Origin: Ylistrum balloti
Taxonomy: Eukaryota
Assembly: GCF_031769215.1 (NCBI RefSeq)
Contig: NW_026782349.1
Location: forward strand, 239,634 to 303,633
Reading direction: 5' to 3'
Length of the DNA stretch: 64,000 nt
The notes beneath the pieces were generated by a model. It made no database searches. It was not told the origin of the DNA and worked only from the letters and a program-made list of their open reading frames with translations. A program made the position numbers and the translations under genes. Of the stretch, positions 62,103 through 64,000 are shown in pieces. Numbering within the stretch: the first letter of the stretch is position 1; every line of letters starts with the position of its first letter.

Positions 62103-64000
62103 TGGCAAGCTGTGGTGTAACTGTGTCTTTAAGATCCAGCTCCCTAGGAGGCCGTGCTGGAGACGGCTTCAGTTCATGGTAAACTTCCTCATCCTTGCTC
62201 TCAGTATCTCCTCGACTCTCCCCCTGATCTGGCCAAGCTTCTCTGGGGACACCTGGATCTGCCTGCCTTTGATTGTCTCTATACACAGGGTAGCAGTCAA
62301 TGACCTGACGATATGGCGTACGCAGATTTATACTGTGGTCAAATGTGCGATCTGTGGTTTTCTGTATCTGAGATGACAGGTATTTTTCTGCATTCCCAAG
62401 TGCATTGAAAGGTGCATGCTTGCCACCTTTCAAGAAAGACAACTCTGATGCAGTTGTTTTGTCTGGATGCATACTTCCATTTAAAGAACTCATCTGTGAC
62501 CACTCCAATTGTTTCTTGATGTCTCTGTCTCGAACTATAAAACTGCCATTTGGGGATTCATAACTGTCATAGCTAGAGTCCATCTTAGGTCGGTTGGCAA
62601 TCCTCTCCATCATCACACGTTCCTGCTGCATAGCCTCCTCCAGGATACCAAATACTTGTTTCTGTGGTGGTTCCTTCGTGAGAATGGTGAAAACTCGACT
62701 TGCCAAACCAGAGTTGTCCAATGCATCTTTTTCTTCATTTTTAGCCTGGTATTTTCTTATGATCTCCTCCACATCTGGAGCAAGAGTTCTGGGTTGACCA
62801 TTGTCAAGCTCCGATTCAGAATCAAGCTGATCACCTACAATATCTACCTTCCTACGCCCCTGCTCAGGGGATGGCCTCTCATCATCTGTATTGGGTCTGG
62901 ATTCCCCTAAAGCTGTCAGACCTAAAGTATCAGTTTCAGTCTCAGTGTCATTTTTCATAGTCCCAAGGAACACACCTGCACCACTTACATTGATCCCAAA
63001 GTCTGCTGCATGATCCCAGAGAAGTTTACGGTTTCTAGCACTCTCAGGATTTGAGGAGAAACTTTCACCACTTCTGTCCATGTCAGCACCTCTGGATCTG
63101 GGAGCATGGCTATTGTAGGCCTCTTCCCCGACCTGCTGGTTAAGGCTGTTCTGTATGTCCTGCAAGTCCCTCTGTAACAGTGAATAGTCTATGTGTGCAG
63201 GATTTTGGACACCACTATATGCTTTATCTGTATGTCGTGCTTGTTCAAGAGGTGGATACTGCATTTTTTCCACGTAGGCTGTTTTTGCTAAAACATTCTG
63301 CACTCGTTGACCCAGAGAGTCTGCTGAATCTGTACTGCGATCTGAGTTGAGACGGGCACGTGTTTCCTCAAGAAGTCTCTCTGTCTCCCTCTCCTGTCGG
63401 TAGTAGCGCTGCAAAGACTCAAGTTCAGCAGCACTCTCATTACTTAGGTCCCTTTCCTCAGTGACAGATTTCAGGTCAAGTTTCAGACTGCCTGTCCCTG
63501 TGGAATCCCCCTTCACTAGCAGTTTGGCCACTTCTTCACCCAGGGACGAGGTCATACTCTGTTCAGACTTTGATAAATTTTCTGCATTTGATCCCAATGA
63601 CCCAAGACTTCGAGACTGGTTCTCCAGGTTCTCTTTCACTTCATCGATCTTTCTCTCTGCCTGAACTACATCGTACGGAGGTGGGGGTGGTCTGGATTCT
63701 AATGAACATGGCAATGGTCTATCCTTGGCTCCCTGCAATCTCGGCTCCAGTGATGGTCCATCTTTTTGATGATGATCCCCTTCACCTAGGCCTAGTGACT
63801 CTCTGTTGTACAACTGTTTGTGAAGTGTAGCTCCTAATGAACTGGCATCATCAAGAAGTTTGGCGACACGCTGTGACATGTCAGTACAGGACAATGGTTC
63901 AGTTCCGTGAGTTGTGGTGGCAGTATCTGCAGTTATCTGTTGATGAACATTTGCCGAACTTCCACTTTGAACTATGTTTTCTGTTTCCCGTGGTTCTGGA
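62103..64000 (-). CDS. Giant coding exon, open beyond the window, of a disordered Ser/Glu/Arg/Asp-rich protein. It ends either at TAA (62098-62100) or at the overlapping GTAAGT donor (exon end 62102).
   Basis: An uninterrupted frame of more than 1.9 kb with no stop back to position 64000. Low-complexity polar composition. The final codons GCC AAG TAA overlap a perfect caa|GTAAGT donor. Confidence 0.55.

Overview
This window is eukaryotic (metazoan) nuclear DNA, AT-rich and full of introns and repeats, so prokaryotic feature types (operons, CRISPR, rRNA) do not apply. Two protein-coding loci account for most of it. (1) On the + strand, a clear ortholog of CDC23/APC8, the TPR-repeat subunit of the anaphase-promoting complex, runs from its start codon at 3578 to its stop at 29343. 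I count about 14 coding exons, all with canonical GT..AG boundaries and mutually consistent phases. (2) On the - strand, a large multi-exon gene (or two tandem genes) runs from beyond 64000 down to about 34359. Its predicted protein is highly disordered and rich in Ser/Arg/Lys/Glu/Asp/Tyr, with giant exons of 1.9 kb, 1.9 kb and 1.5 kb. I could not assign it to a family. The most striking feature is the number of minisatellite arrays, with units of 41-66 bp and up to about 165 copies and 7.3 kb. At least five of these arrays start exactly at a 5' splice site. Their repeat unit is a copy of the last 20-35 nt of the upstream exon plus the GT donor, so each array is a string of duplicated exon-end/donor modules. 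Other content: a Tc1/mariner transposon with its catalytic core deleted, in CDC23 intron 1; the 3' tail of a CR1/L2-type LINE; (GT)n and (TA)n microsatellites; and several dispersed satellite-like families of 130-160 bp, including GACCTTGACC-type units that suggest a bivalve or other mollusc source (a weak inference). Most ORFs in the supplied track that lie inside repeat arrays are translation artefacts.
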